A stretch of 61,686 nt of DNA, counting the filler. It is 7 parts of 7 records of this genome, joined end to end, with 100 filler letters (N's around TTAATTAATTAA, not from the genome) between each part and the next. Parts side by side here need not be neighbours in the genome. Positions count along the whole stretch, not along the records: positions 22,257 to 31,680 come from SRR22947725_1151; positions 31,781 to 37,409 come from SRR22947725_1152; positions 37,510 to 55,678 come from SRR22947725_1156; 4 more parts are not named here. The stretch is one strand, 5' to 3'. Position 1 is the stretch's first letter; every line of letters starts with the position of its first letter. Of the stretch, positions 26,933-38,518 are shown piece after piece. The position numbers were made by a program, and so were the translations under genes. The notes below the pieces were generated by a model. It saw only the letters and a list, made by a program, of their open reading frames with translations, searched no databases and had not been told where the DNA came from.

Positions 26933-29347
26933 TTAATTAACCACATCTTCATCTTCGATAATTTTTATCAAAGGTTCTTTTAAAACTTTTTCATTTGCTA
27001 TAGAGTCTTCCAGGGATAATAACATTGAAGGCAAGAGTAAAAGGTTGGATAACATTGCAAAAAGTAATGTTGCAGAAACTAATGCGCCCAGAGCTACCGT
27101 CCCTCCAAAATTTGACACTGTAAATACTGAGAATCCAAAAAACAATACAATTGAGGTATAAAACATGCTAACCCCAGTTTCACGAAGAGCATTGTATACA
27201 GATTTTTTTACTTCCCAATTATTAGTAATTAACTCCTGTCTATATTTAGCTAAAAAATGAATTGTATCATCAACTGCAATTCCAAAAGCAATACTAAATA
27301 TCAGTATTGTAGATGGTTTTATAGCAACACCTAAATAACCCATTAAGCCAGCAGTAACTATCAGTGGTAATAGGTTAGGAATCAAAGAAATAAATATCAT
27401 TTTTAAAGATCTAAACATATAGGCCATTAATAATGCTATTAAGAATATTGCTAAAGAAAGAGATAGAATTAAATTTTTGACCAAATACTTAGTTCCCTTC
27501 TGAAATAAATATGCCTTTCCTGTTATTGAAACTTCAAAATTATCAGATGGCATAATTTTAGAAATCTCATAATTTAATTTTTTTTCAATTTCTTCCATCT
27601 TTTCAATTTCCATATCTTTCATAAAAGCTGTGATCCTTGTGTACTGACCTGTAGAATCAACATAGTTTTTAATTAGATCAACATCAGAGTCAGAAGTTGA
27701 ATTTTTAGCATAGGATAATATGAAACTATTTTCTTGTGAAGTGGGAACTTGATAATATTTAGGATTACCATTATAGTACGCTTGTTTAGAGTATTTCACT
27801 AAGCTTACCATTGAAATAGGTTTAGATAATTCTGGAATTTCGAGAATTACATCTTCTATTTTACTCATTTTTTTTATGGTAGAAAGATTTGTAACCCCTT
27901 TTTTACGCTTGGTATTTATTAAAATTTCTAGTGGCATTATCCCATTAAATTCTTTTTCATAAAACATTATATCATCGAACCAATCTGCTTTTTGTGGCAT
28001 GTCGTCAATAATACTACCTGAAATTCGAATTTGATATATACCAATAATACTTGTTACAAGAAGTAGAACAGAAATTATGTAAATATTGATTTTACTTTTC
28101 TTTACAGTTTTTTCAATCCAATCTCCAAAGGAATTTATCCAAGTTCTATTTAAGTGTTCTAAGTGCTTTTCTTCAGGGATAGGTAAAAAACTATAGATTA
28201 TAGGGATTATTAAAATACATAATATGAATATTGCCAGAATACTAAGAGAAGCAACAATACCAAATTCTTTTAAGAGCTTACTATTTGTAATAATAAAAGT
28301 GGCAAAACCAGATGCAGTAGTGACATTTGTCATTAAAGTAGCATTACCTATTTTAGTAATTACTTTTTGTAGAGATTTTGCTTTATTCCCATGCTTATTT
28401 ACTTCATGTTGATATTTGTTTATAAGAAAAATACAATTTGGAATTCCAATTACAATTATAAGTGGTGGTATAAGGCCAGTAAGAACTGATATTTCAAAGT
28501 CACCTGGTGGAGTGTTTATTATAAAAAGTCCTAAAATTCCTACAGTCCAAACCACTCCAATCATAACAACAAATAAAGAAATAAACGTTGCGCGGTAAGA
28601 TCTAAAAAACAAGAAAAATATTATAGAAGTAATTATTAGAGCTAAAATCACAAAAGTAGATATTTCACTTTTTATGTTTTCAGCATTTTTTGTTCTAACA
28701 TAAGGCATGCCAGAAATTTTAATATCTAAATTATATTTTGCTTCAAACGATTCAACTTTAGGAATTAAAAAATTATTAATATATGTTTCTCTTCCAGCTT
28801 CATTTACTATTGACTTCTTTAAGTGAATAGCAGTTCTTACAGATTTTGTTTTAGTATTAAATAAAAATTCATCGTAAAATGGATATTTTTCAAATAGCTC
28901 TTTTTTTATTGAAATTAGTTCAATGTCAGATGAGATTGTATCTCTTATAAAAGGCTCAAGATAAAACTGTTGTTTCTTTTTATCTTTTTTAAGTTTTTGT
29001 AAGTCACCAATAGCTATTACAGACTCAACAAAGTTAGTGTCTTTTAAAACTTTTGATAAATTATTCCATGCATTAAGATTTTCTGTTGTGAAGAGTAGTG
29101 AATCTTTAATTCCAATTACAATCAAATTACCTTCTTCTCCAAATTTGTCAGTAAAATCCAAGTACTCTAGATTAACCTCATGGTTATCTGGCAATAAATT
29201 AGCTTCAGTATTTGAAAATTTTATATACTGCCATTGGCTAATAAAAAAAGTTGTAGCCAAGGTCAATAAAGCGATTATTAAGATTCTATTTCTAAGAATT
29301 AAATTTGAAACTGAATCCCAAAATCCAACTAAAAATACTCTAGCCAT
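26933..29347 (-). CDS. MMPL/RND family transporter
   Basis: Two repeats of TM + large periplasmic domain + 5 TM; GIAVDDTIH; TTASGF. Confidence 0.9.
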   Translation of the reverse strand: MARVFLVGFWDSVSNLILRNRILIIALLTLATTFFISQWQYIKFSNTEANLLPDNHEVNLEYLDFTDKFGEEGNLIVIGIKDSLLFTTENLNAWNNLSKVLKDTNFVESVIAIGDLQKLKKDKKKQQFYLEPFIRDTISSDIELISIKKELFEKYPFYDEFLFNTKTKSVRTAIHLKKSIVNEAGRETYINNFLIPKVESFEAKYNLDIKISGMPYVRTKNAENIKSEISTFVILALIITSIIFFLFFRSYRATFISLFVVMIGVVWTVGILGLFIINTPPGDFEISVLTGLIPPLIIVIGIPNCIFLINKYQHEVNKHGNKAKSLQKVITKIGNATLMTNVTTASGFATFIITNSKLLKEFGIVASLSILAIFILCILIIPIIYSFLPIPEEKHLEHLNRTWINSFGDWIEKTVKKSKINIYIISVLLLVTSIIGIYQIRISGSIIDDMPQKADWFDDIMFYEKEFNGIMPLEILINTKRKKGVTNLSTIKKMSKIEDVILEIPELSKPISMVSLVKYSKQAYYNGNPKYYQVPTSQENSFILSYAKNSTSDSDVDLIKNYVDSTGQYTRITAFMKDMEIEKMEEIEKKLNYEISKIMPSDNFEVSITGKAYLFQKGTKYLVKNLILSLSLAIFLIALLMAYMFRSLKMIFISLIPNLLPLIVTAGLMGYLGVAIKPSTILIFSIAFGIAVDDTIHFLAKYRQELITNNWEVKKSVYNALRETGVSMFYTSIVLFFGFSVFTVSNFGGTVALGALVSATLLFAMLSNLLLLPSMLLSLEDSIANEKVLKEPLIKIIEDEDVVN

Positions 29348-29411
29348 ATTATTTAATTATGTGTATTTAGTAAAGATATTAATTACTGTAATATTATTTA
29401 GGAATAATAAA

Positions 29412-29969
29412 TTATAAAGTCATAATTTCTTTCTGTTTTACTTCAAATATTGAATTAATATTATCAATATTTTTATTTGTCAAATCTTGAATATCTTTTT
29501 CAGCGTTTTCTTTTAAATCATCAGAAAATGAATCAGATTTTTTTATTTCATTATTAGCATCCTTTCTAGAATTTCTAACAACAATTTTTGCTTCTTCTGC
29601 TTCACTTTTAGCTTGTTTAGCTAAATCAATTCTTCTTTCCTCAGTAAGTGCTGGAACATTTATAATTATGCTTTCCCCATTATTCATTGGATTAAATCCT
29701 AGATTAGCATTCATTATTGCTTTTTCAATTTCAGCTAATAAATTTTTTTCCCAAGGTTGTACAACTATAGTTCTTCCATCAGGTGTATTTACACTAGCAA
29801 CTTGAGTTAACGGAGTTAATGTACCATAATATTCAACAACAATACTTCCAAGCATTGAAGTATTAGCTTTACCTGCTCTGATGTTTAATAGTTTTTTTTC
29901 TAAATGTTTTACTGCATTAGACATTGATTCTTCTGCAGATTCAAAAATAAATTTTAATTCTTCTTCCAT
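29412..29969 (-). CDS. frr: Ribosome recycling factor
   Basis: IRAGKA, YYG..TPL.QVA, NLGFNP, LTEERR. Confidence 0.97.
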   Translation of the reverse strand: MEEELKFIFESAEESMSNAVKHLEKKLLNIRAGKANTSMLGSIVVEYYGTLTPLTQVASVNTPDGRTIVVQPWEKNLLAEIEKAIMNANLGFNPMNNGESIIINVPALTEERRIDLAKQAKSEAEEAKIVVRNSRKDANNEIKKSDSFSDDLKENAEKDIQDLTNKNIDNINSIFEVKQKEIMTL

Positions 29970-29994
29970 CGTATTTAATTTTAACTAAAATTAT

Positions 29995-30705
29995 TTATAG
30001 GTTAACCGTTGTTCCAATTTTTTCCCCTGATATTAATCTTAACAAATTTCCTCTTTTATTCATATCAAATACAATTATTGGTAATTTGTTTTCTTGACTA
30101 AGAGTGAATGCTGTAGTATCCATTACCTTTAACCCCTTTGTCAAAACATCTTCAAATGAAATATTATCAAACTTTATTGCATTAATATTTTTTTCAGGAT
30201 CTTCATCGTATATTCCATCAACTCTAGTGCCCTTTAAAATTACATCTGACTCTATTTCAATTGCTCTTAATACTGCCGCAGAATCAGTTGTGAAATATGG
30301 ATTACCAGTTCCACCGCCAAAAATAACAACTCTTCCTTTTTCTAAATGTCTTATAGCTTTTCTTCTAATAAAAGGTTCAGCTACTTCATTAATTTCTATA
30401 GCAGTTTGAAGTCTTGTTGGGGCTCCAGAATTTTCTAAAGTACTCTGTAATGCAAGGCCGTTTATCACAGTTGCTAGCATGCCCATATGATCTCCTTGGA
30501 CTCTATCGATTTTATGGTCATCATTGTTAGAAAATCCTCTGAAAATATTTCCACCACCAATAACAATGGCAACCTGTACTCCTAAATCAACTATTTGTTT
30601 AATGTCTGTAGCGTAATCTTGTAATCTTTCTGGATCAATACCAAAGTTTTTCTTGCCCATTAAGGCTTCACCAGAAAGTTTAAGTAATATTCTTTTGTAT
30701 TTCAT
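29995..30705 (-). CDS. pyrH: UMP kinase
   Basis: [30 protein letters not shown]. Confidence 0.97.
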   Translation of the reverse strand: MKYKRILLKLSGEALMGKKNFGIDPERLQDYATDIKQIVDLGVQVAIVIGGGNIFRGFSNNDDHKIDRVQGDHMGMLATVINGLALQSTLENSGAPTRLQTAIEINEVAEPFIRRKAIRHLEKGRVVIFGGGTGNPYFTTDSAAVLRAIEIESDVILKGTRVDGIYDEDPEKNINAIKFDNISFEDVLTKGLKVMDTTAFTLSQENKLPIIVFDMNKRGNLLRLISGEKIGTTVNL

Positions 30706-30723
30706 GCTTAATTTTGAAGTTAA

Positions 30724-30732
30724 GCAAAGATA
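30724..30732 (-). promoter_or_regulatory. Bacteroidota -7 promoter element for pyrH-frr
   Basis: TATCTTTGC matches TAnnTTTG, about 19 nt upstream of the pyrH ATG. Confidence 0.6.
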
Positions 30733-30776
30733 ATGTAGATTTTTTAATTAAATAAAAAAAAATAAAAATGTAACTA

Positions 30777-31601
30777 TTAACCTAGAGCTACTCTTTTGAA
30801 ATCTACAACACAAAGGTCTTGTTGATAAGAACTAACATAATTTTTTACACTTTGTTTACTGTCTTTGATAAAGTCTTGATTTACAAGAGTGTTGTCTTTA
30901 AAAAATCTTTTCAACTTGCCTTTTGCAATATTGTCTAACATTGATTCCGGCTTTCCTTCAGATCTTAATTGATCTTTAGCAATTTCAATTTCTTTTTCTA
31001 TTACAACTGAATCAACTCCATTTTCATCTAAAGCAATTGGGTTCATAGCAGCAACTTGCATAGAAACATCTTTAGCAGCTACATCTGAACCTTGAATATT
31101 AGCAGATAAACCAACTATTGAAGCAATTTTATTTCCAGCATGGATATAAGACCCTACAAAAGGGGCATTTACCTTTTCAAAGGCATTTACTTCTAACTTT
31201 TCACCAATAACACCAGTTTGTTCAATTAATTTCTCACTAACTGTTAGTTCACCAATCTTAGAGTTTAACAATTCTTCTTTAGAGTTACAATTAAGTGCAA
31301 TCTCTGCTATTTTATTTGCTAAGTCAACAAAGTCTTCATTTTTACCAACAAAATCTGTTTCACAACCAAGTACAATAGCAACACCAGTTGTATTATCGTC
31401 GTTGGTTTTTGTAATGGCAGCACCCTCTGAAGATTCTCTATCAGCTCTTTTAGCAGCAACTTTTTGACCTTTTTTTCTAAGAATTTCAATTGCTTTTTCA
31501 GAATTACCATCAGCCTCAACTAATGCTTTTTTACAGTCCATCATTCCAGCACCTGTAGTTTTTCTTAAGTTGTTTACTTCTGCAGCTGTTATTTTTGCCA
31601 T
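30777..31601 (-). CDS. tsf: Elongation factor Ts
   Basis: LRKTTGAGMMDCKKAL, CETDFV, IGEKL. Confidence 0.97.
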   Translation of the reverse strand: MAKITAAEVNNLRKTTGAGMMDCKKALVEADGNSEKAIEILRKKGQKVAAKRADRESSEGAAITKTNDDNTTGVAIVLGCETDFVGKNEDFVDLANKIAEIALNCNSKEELLNSKIGELTVSEKLIEQTGVIGEKLEVNAFEKVNAPFVGSYIHAGNKIASIVGLSANIQGSDVAAKDVSMQVAAMNPIALDENGVDSVVIEKEIEIAKDQLRSEGKPESMLDNIAKGKLKRFFKDNTLVNQDFIKDSKQSVKNYVSSYQQDLCVVDFKRVALG

Positions 31602-31636
31602 GATTTGAAAATATTATAAGATTGTTGTATTGTAAA

Positions 31637-31680
31637 TTATTTGTCTTCAGATTTAGCTTCTTCAGCTTTAGTCTCTTCAG
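31637..31680 (-). CDS. rpsB: Probable C-terminal tail of ribosomal protein S2
   Basis: EETKAEEAKSEDK* low-complexity tail directly upstream of tsf; assignment rests on synteny only. Confidence 0.5.
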
Positions 31681-31780
31681 NNNNNNNNNNNNNNNNNNNN
31701 NNNNNNNNNNNNNNNNNNNNNNNNTTAATTAATTAANNNNNNNNNNNNNNNNNNNNNNNNNNNNNNNNNNNNNNNNNNNN
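31681..31780. other. Artificial contig spacer
   Basis: 44 N + TTAATTAATTAA + 44 N. Confidence 0.97.
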
Positions 31781-33857
31781 ACTAACAAGTTCTGATTTGA
31801 TGGAATATGTGCCAGCTCCAGATTTTCCGACTGGTGCAGTAATATTAGGGCGTTCTGGAGCGGTTAAGGCTTACAACGAGGGACGTGGGTCAGTTATCAT
31901 TAGAGCTAAAACACGCGTAGAGGAAATACGCGCTGGTCGATATGCAATAATCATAGATGAAATTCCATATCAAGTTAACAAAGCATCAATGATTGAAAAG
32001 ATTGCTGAACTATCTCGAGACAAAAAAATTGAAGGTATTTCACATGTTCAAGACGAATCTGATCGAGTTGGAGTTAGAGTTGTCGTTGAATTGAAGCGTG
32101 ATGCAACAGCTGAAGTTGTTTTAAATCAACTTTTTAGATTTACACCGCTGCAAACATCATTTGGATGCAATATGTTAGCACTAAATGGCGGAAAACCCGA
32201 ACAATTAACATTATACAAATTTCTGAGTTATTTTATTAGCTTTAGAGAAGAAGTTGTAGCAAGGCGTACAGCGTTCGAATTGAATAAAGCACGTGAACGA
32301 AGCCATATACTTTGTGGCCTAGCTGTAGCCGTATCTAATGTAGATGAAATAGTTGCAACTATTAGAGGATCAAATGATCCAGCAGAAGCTCGTGAAAAAC
32401 TTATGACGCGCCGTTGGCCTGCAGCAGATATATCTCAATATATTTCATTAATAGATGACCCAAGCCATACTTTAAACGAAGATAAATCTTATAACCTTTC
32501 TGAAACTCAAGCACGCGCCATTTTAGAGCTTCGCCTCCAAAGGCTTACAGCTATGGGTGTAAAAGAAGTAACTGATGAATTAGAAGAACTTGCAGGTAAA
32601 ATTCAGAACTATTTAGAAATTTTACGTTCAAGAGGTCGTATTATGTCTATAATCTCAGACGAATTGAAAGAAGTACATGAAAAATTTGCTGTACCTCGCC
32701 GGACTGAGATAATTGAATGGGCTGGTGATATGGATGACGAGGATCTTATCGAAAAAGAAGATATGGTCGTTACAATTACTAATTCTGGATATATTAAGCG
32801 AACAAATTTAGCTGAATTTAGAGAACAAAAACGTGGTGGCAAAGGCATTCAAGGTATGTCCACCAAAGATGAAGATTTCGTCACAAATATGTTTGTAGCT
32901 AATACACATACTGCATTACTGTTCTTCACAACAGATGGAATGGTTTATAAACTTAAAACTTGGCGATTACCTTTAGGTGGGCGCAATGCAAAAGGTAAGG
33001 CAATTGTAAACATTCTTCCAATTGATACAGGGGTTTCTATTGCGGCACTAATGCCAATTGATGCTCCTGATGAAGAATGGGGCAATCTTCAAATTGTTTT
33101 TGCAACTGATGCTGGCGGAGTAAGAAGAAACGCACTGTCTGATTTTACAAATGTAAAATCAAACGGCAAAATTGCGATGAAGCTACCAGAAGGTGTTTCG
33201 ATAGTTAATGTTCGCATTGCAACTGAAAGTGACGATTTCTTACTTACCACATCACTAGGAAAAGCTATTCGCTTCCCTACAACTGACGTGCGAGTATTTA
33301 AAGGAAGAGATTCAACAGGTGTTAGAGGTATTAAACTTGCTCCAGAAGATAAGGTAGTTTCTATGGCAGTCATTAGGCATGTTAATGCATCATCAGATGA
33401 AAGAACGGCTTATTTTAAAATGCGAAGGGCACTTTCAGAAGATGAAACACCTAATGATGATATTAGCCAAGAACGATATAATGAATTATCCGAACTTGAA
33501 GATTGGATTTTAATCATTACTTCTGGTGGTTTTGGCAAAAGATCTTCAGCACATGAATATCGAGTATCTGGTCGTGGTGGTCAAGGAGTTGCTGCTGCAA
33601 ACCTAGATAGAAGAGATGATACTGTTGTTGCAGCATTTACCGTACACGAAGAAGATCAAATCATGCTGGCCACATCAACCGGGCAGTCAATAAGATGTCC
33701 AGTTTCTGGAATTTCATTACAAGGCAGATCTTCATCAGGAGTGACTGTATTTAACACTAAAGATGGAGAAAAAGTTGTTTCTGTTGCATATATTGCTGAC
33801 ACAGAAGATAGTGATGTCTCTGAGGATGGCATAACTATAATAGATGAAAATACATAA
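31781..33857 (+). CDS. gyrA: DNA gyrase subunit A, 5'-truncated
   Basis: PDFPTG, EIPYQVNK, GyrA box QKRGGKG, C-terminal pinwheel repeats. Confidence 0.96.
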
Positions 33858-33858
33858 C

Positions 33859-33893
33859 AAAAACGAACCAAAATTATATTGGCTCGTTTTTTT
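33859..33893 (+). terminator. Intrinsic terminator after gyrA
   Basis: AAAAACGAACCAA / TTGGCTCGTTTTT hairpin with one mismatch, then T run. Confidence 0.6.
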
Positions 33894-33917
33894 ACTTAAT
33901 CGAAATAGATCAACAAA

Positions 33918-35267
33918 ATGATTAAACCTATACACATAGTCGGCGGCGGCATGGCTGGATCAGAAGCAGCTTGGCAGATAGTTTCTGCTGGAATACCTGT
34001 TATAATTCATGAAATGCGACCAAGTGTTGAAACATTTGCACATCAAACTCATGATCTAGCAGAACTTGTTTGTTCAAATTCATTTAGGTCTGATGATGAT
34101 GTATCAAATGCTGTTGGATTACTTCATTGGGAAATGCGATCTGCAAATTCTATTATTATGGAAATGGGTGACAAACATGCCCTACCAGCTGGATCTGCAT
34201 TGGCTGTAGACAGAGAAGCTTTTTCTGCTTCAGTCACAAAAAAGATTACTAATCATCCCCTAGTCACAATCGACAGGAGTGAAATTCATAATTTGCCACC
34301 AGAAAACTGGGGTCATACAATTATTGCGACTGGTCCATTAACATCCAAAAGCTTGGCAAATGATATTTTAGAAAACACTGACCAAAAATCATTGGCTTTT
34401 TTTGATGCAATTGCACCAATTGTATTTGCAGATAGTATCGATATGTCAAAAGCATGGATGCAATCACGTTATGATAAAGGTGAAACTGATGAAGAGCGAA
34501 CAGCATATCTAAATTGTCCAATGGATAAAGAGACATATGATAATTTCATCGATGCTTTATTAGATTCTGAAAAAACAGAATTTAAAGATTGGGAAAAGGA
34601 CACACCATATTTTGATGGTTGTTTGCCAATTGAAGTCATGGCCGAAAGAGGTAAAGAAACGCTTAGGTGGGGGCCGATGAAACCTGTAGGTTTAACCAAT
34701 CCTCATCAGCCTACAATCAAAGCACATGCAGTTGTTCAATTGCGCAGAGATAATGCACTTGGAACTCTTTTCAATATTGTAGGCTTTCAAACCAAAATGA
34801 AATATAGTGAGCAAACACGAGTACTTTCTATGATACCAGGTCTTGAAAATGCTAAATTTGCAAGACTAGGAGGGATTCATCGCAATACTTTTATAAATTC
34901 TCCTTTATTACTTGATGATCAGATGAGATTAAAAACACGACCAAATATTAGATTCGCAGGACAAATAACTGGTGTTGAAGGTTATGTTGAAAGTGCTGCA
35001 ATGGGTTTGCTAGCAGGAAGGCTAGCAGTCGCCGAAAGTATAGGTAAAAATATTAAAAGCCCACCCAATACAACTGCAATGGGTGCTTTAATTAGTCACA
35101 TCACAGGTGGCGCTGACGCAAAAACCTTTCAGCCAATGAATGTTAATTTTGGATTATTTCCACCTGTTGAAAATGTGAAAGGTGGCCGTCGCAATCGAAA
35201 AGATCGTTATAAAGCTTATACTGATAGAGCGAAGAATGATTGGACTTCATGGTTAAATAATACTTAA
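33918..35267 (+). CDS. trmFO: Folate/FAD-dependent tRNA m5U54 methyltransferase
   Basis: [53 protein letters not shown]. Confidence 0.97.
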   Translation: MIKPIHIVGGGMAGSEAAWQIVSAGIPVIIHEMRPSVETFAHQTHDLAELVCSNSFRSDDDVSNAVGLLHWEMRSANSIIMEMGDKHALPAGSALAVDREAFSASVTKKITNHPLVTIDRSEIHNLPPENWGHTIIATGPLTSKSLANDILENTDQKSLAFFDAIAPIVFADSIDMSKAWMQSRYDKGETDEERTAYLNCPMDKETYDNFIDALLDSEKTEFKDWEKDTPYFDGCLPIEVMAERGKETLRWGPMKPVGLTNPHQPTIKAHAVVQLRRDNALGTLFNIVGFQTKMKYSEQTRVLSMIPGLENAKFARLGGIHRNTFINSPLLLDDQMRLKTRPNIRFAGQITGVEGYVESAAMGLLAGRLAVAESIGKNIKSPPNTTAMGALISHITGGADAKTFQPMNVNFGLFPPVENVKGGRRNRKDRYKAYTDRAKNDWTSWLNNT

Positions 35268-35293
35268 ATTATTATCATGGATTTGAATAAAAG

Positions 35294-36112
35294 ATGAAAA
35301 TAGAAAGATTTGCCCCTTCTCCCACAGGATTATTGCATCTTGGGCATGCTTATTCTGCATTACTCGCCTACAGTTCTGCAGTCCAATCAGGTGGTAAATT
35401 ACTGTTGCGAATAGAGGATATAGATCAGGTCAGATGTAGAGAAATATATGTTGATCAAATATTAGATGATTTGAAATGGCTTGGAATTAAATACGAAACA
35501 CCAATATTAAAACAATCGTCAAGATTTCCTCATTATGAAAAAACACTTCAAAGCTTATGGAATGACAACTATTTATTTTCATGTGATTGCTCCAGAAAAG
35601 ATATAAATATTGCTTCGGCTCCTAACGAAACGCCATTGTTTGGCCCGGATGGTATCATTTATCCAAACACATGCTTGAATAAATTTAAAACAAAAAAAAT
35701 GCCTGAAACGGCACTTAGATTAAATTTATATAATTTGGATAAAGATAACTTTTCTTTTTTTGATGAGGCTTATGGAAAAATATCATTTACAAAAGCAGAA
35801 GCAATTAACCAAATAGGATCAGTTATTTTGGCGCGAAAAGATATTGGCATATCCTACCATCTTTCTGTAGTTTTAGACGATGCTTTTCAAGGTATAACTC
35901 ATGTCACTCGTGGTGAAGATTTATTAGATGCAACAAAGATTCATGTCATCTTACAACATATATTAAAGTTACCTACCCCAGTTTATCATCACCATAAACT
36001 CATTAAAGATGAATTTGGTAAGAGACTTGCTAAACGAGATGACGCAAGATCCATAAAAAGTTATAGAGAATCCGGATACTTACTTAAACAAATATCTAAA
36101 ATGCTAAATTAA
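35294..36112 (+). CDS. gluQ: Glutamyl-Q tRNA(Asp) synthetase
   Basis: RFAPSPTG.LHLGH, LRIEDID, RGEDL, RLAKR; lacks anticodon-binding domain. Confidence 0.92.
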   Translation: MKIERFAPSPTGLLHLGHAYSALLAYSSAVQSGGKLLLRIEDIDQVRCREIYVDQILDDLKWLGIKYETPILKQSSRFPHYEKTLQSLWNDNYLFSCDCSRKDINIASAPNETPLFGPDGIIYPNTCLNKFKTKKMPETALRLNLYNLDKDNFSFFDEAYGKISFTKAEAINQIGSVILARKDIGISYHLSVVLDDAFQGITHVTRGEDLLDATKIHVILQHILKLPTPVYHHHKLIKDEFGKRLAKRDDARSIKSYRESGYLLKQISKMLN

Positions 36113-36471
36113 GTTTCAGGATTTAATATAATATTTTCTGAACCTTCTTCTAATTCAGTGTAGAAGCAATTTCTCCTATTGGTATGACAAGCTGGTCCCT
36201 CAGGAGTAACTAACAACAAAATACAGTCTCGATCGCAGTCAAATCGCACTTTATCTACTTTCTGTGTATTTCCTGAAGTCAAACCTTTTACCCAAAGACA
36301 CTTTCTTGATCTTGACCAAAAAGTTGCTAAATTTGTTTCAAACGTTTTTTCTAATGATAATTTATTCATCCATGCAACCATAAGAACTTCAAGTGTTGTT
36401 GTGTCCTGCACAACTGCCGGAATTAAACCATTATCGTCAAATTTAAGTGACGAAATATCAAATTTAGCCAT
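36109..36471 (-). CDS. hisI: Phosphoribosyl-AMP cyclohydrolase (stand-alone)
   Basis: WSRSR..LW.KG.TSGN, DCDRD, ACHTNRRNCF. Confidence 0.95.
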   Translation of the reverse strand: MAKFDISSLKFDDNGLIPAVVQDTTTLEVLMVAWMNKLSLEKTFETNLATFWSRSRKCLWVKGLTSGNTQKVDKVRFDCDRDCILLLVTPEGPACHTNRRNCFYTELEEGSENIILNPET

Positions 36472-36536
36472 TTGTAGTTCCTTTGCCTTTTATCTTTAAT
36501 TTACATGATCTAATAAGATATAAATCGTAGTAATGA

Positions 36537-36992
36537 ATGTTAAGTAATATGTCTGATAATTCTGAAATGATAGACCTTTATTCAAAAAGAATCCTGGAAT
36601 TCGCAGGAAATATTCCATTTACAACCCCCCTAGAAATATATTCAGGGACTGCATCAAGACGTTCACCTATGTGTGGTTCAAATTTACAAGTTTGGATTAA
36701 TGTAAATGAAGGTAAAATTACTGACTTTAGCCACGATGTAAAAACATGTGCATTAGGCCAAGCTTCATCTTCAATAATAGCAGAAAAAATTATAGGATTA
36801 GGTATTGATCAAGTTAAACTTGGCCGCGATCAATTATATAATATGCTGACTGAAAATGGACCAATACCTCAAAAGCCATTTGAAAATTTAGAGGTATTGA
36901 TACCTGCTATAACTTATAAAAACAGACACGCATCAATTATGCTTAGTTTTGAAGCAATTATAGATGCATTTTCAAATATAAAAAATATTTAA
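36537..36992 (+). CDS. IscU/SufU/NifU_N-like scaffold protein (true start may be 36549 or 36567)
   Basis: SPMCGS, TCALGQASSS, RHASIML. Confidence 0.85.
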   Translation: MLSNMSDNSEMIDLYSKRILEFAGNIPFTTPLEIYSGTASRRSPMCGSNLQVWINVNEGKITDFSHDVKTCALGQASSSIIAEKIIGLGIDQVKLGRDQLYNMLTENGPIPQKPFENLEVLIPAITYKNRHASIMLSFEAIIDAFSNIKNI

Positions 36993-37024
36993 ATTTCCAA
37001 GTTTTTCTACATTAATTTAATGGC

Positions 37025-37409
37025 TTAACCTACTGATAGTAAATTAATATATTCATCTGCTCCCATTATATATAATAAATTACGTAATGCTTTTCCTTGT
37101 TGACTATTTAATGATGGATCATTTGTCATAATTAGTCGTGCTTCATCTTTTGCCATTTCCATTAAATGTGACTGAGTTTCAATATCAGCCATTCTAAATT
37201 TAGGCAAACCAGATTGAGACACACCTAAAACATCACCTGCTCCTCGTAACTTGAGGTCAACATTAGCAATTTTAAATCCATCATTAGTTTCACGAATTGC
37301 CTCTAACCTTTTCTTAGCAGTTTTACCCAGTGGAGGCTCATATATCATCAAACAAGTAGAAGCATCAGCTCCCCTTCCCACACGCCCACGTAATTGATGT
37401 AATTGACTT
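37025..37409 (-). CDS. recG: ATP-dependent DNA helicase RecG, C-terminal fragment
   Basis: SQLHQLRGRVGRG (motif VI), DGFKIA..DL.LRGAGD..G..QSG TRG motif. Confidence 0.95.
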
Positions 37410-37509
37410 NNNNNNNNNNNNNNNNNNNNNNNNNNNNNNNNNNNNNNNNNNNNTTAATTAATTAANNNNNNNNNNNNNNNNNNNNNNNNNNNNNNNNNNN
37501 NNNNNNNNN
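37410..37509. other. Artificial contig spacer
   Basis: 44 N + TTAATTAATTAA + 44 N. Confidence 0.97.
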
Positions 37510-37665
37510 TTTTGCAGCATGATACTCAGCATTTTCTTTTAAATCTCCATGAGATCTAGCTTCAGAAATCGCCATAACTATTTTAGACCTAGTCGTATGC
37601 TTTCTCTCATCAAGTTCAGACTTAATCTTTTCAAGTCCTTGAAGCGTTATAGGTTCTTTTTCCAT
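37510..37665 (-). CDS. greA: Transcription elongation factor GreA, 3'-truncated
   Basis: [17 protein letters not shown]. Confidence 0.96.
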
Positions 37666-37677
37666 TATGACTAATTA

Positions 37678-38517
37678 TTACCACGAAGCCAGAGGCGGTA
37701 AAGACATAAATATTGCCTCAATATTTCCACCCGTAGATAAACCAAATTTTGTGCCACGATCATGCAACAAATTAAATTCAGCGTATCTTGCTCTTTTTAT
37801 AAGTTGTTTTCCCTTATCTTTCTTTGTCCACTTTTGTTTCATTTTTTTTTGAATAATATTTTTAGCTATTTTTAAAAAAACTTTTCCTACATCTTTTGTA
37901 TATAAAAAATCTTTTTCCCAATCTGAGTTTAGATAATCATAAAAAATTCCACCGTCACCCCTAGGTTCATTCCTATGAGGTAAAAAAAAATATTTATCAC
38001 AATTTAGTTTATGAAGCTTGTAATAGTTCTTGTTATGATTGGAACACATTTTCTTTAATTCTTGATGAAAATATTTTTTTTGTTTATCATCTTTTATGCA
38101 GGGCGTAACATCCATACCTCCCCCAAACCATTCTTTGGATGTAATAATGTAACGAGTGTTAAAATGCAAAGAAGGTATTTTGGGATTTTGAAAATGGGCA
38201 ACAACCGAAATTCCCGATGCCCAAAATTTAGAACTTTTTTTAGTTCCTGGAATTTTGTTTTTAAAATTTTTATCAAAGCGACCATTAACTACAGAAATAT
38301 TAACGCCCACTTTTTCAAAAATATTTCCATTTCTGAGTATTGATATTTCTCCCCCGCCCTCGGATTTGATTTTAGATTTCTTCCATTTAGATCTAGTAAA
38401 TTTTACTTTCTTTTTTGCATTTTTATTTTCAAAATACTCAAAATCTTTACAAATTAAATTTCTCAAGTCCCTAAACCATTTGGTGGTATTTTTTTTTCTT
38501 AAATGAATAGAGTTCAT
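37678..38517 (-). CDS. hemF: Oxygen-dependent coproporphyrinogen III oxidase
   Basis: FEKVGVN, HFNTRY, WFGGGMD.TP, RYAEFNLLHDRGTKFGL, MSLPP..SW. Confidence 0.96.
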   Translation of the reverse strand: MNSIHLRKKNTTKWFRDLRNLICKDFEYFENKNAKKKVKFTRSKWKKSKIKSEGGGEISILRNGNIFEKVGVNISVVNGRFDKNFKNKIPGTKKSSKFWASGISVVAHFQNPKIPSLHFNTRYIITSKEWFGGGMDVTPCIKDDKQKKYFHQELKKMCSNHNKNYYKLHKLNCDKYFFLPHRNEPRGDGGIFYDYLNSDWEKDFLYTKDVGKVFLKIAKNIIQKKMKQKWTKKDKGKQLIKRARYAEFNLLHDRGTKFGLSTGGNIEAIFMSLPPLASW

Positions 38518-38518
38518 T

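Noticed and set aside
36109-36471. Apparent hisI duplication (hisIE at 8759-9294 and hisI here)
   Set aside because: The copies lie on different contigs that appear to come from different phyla
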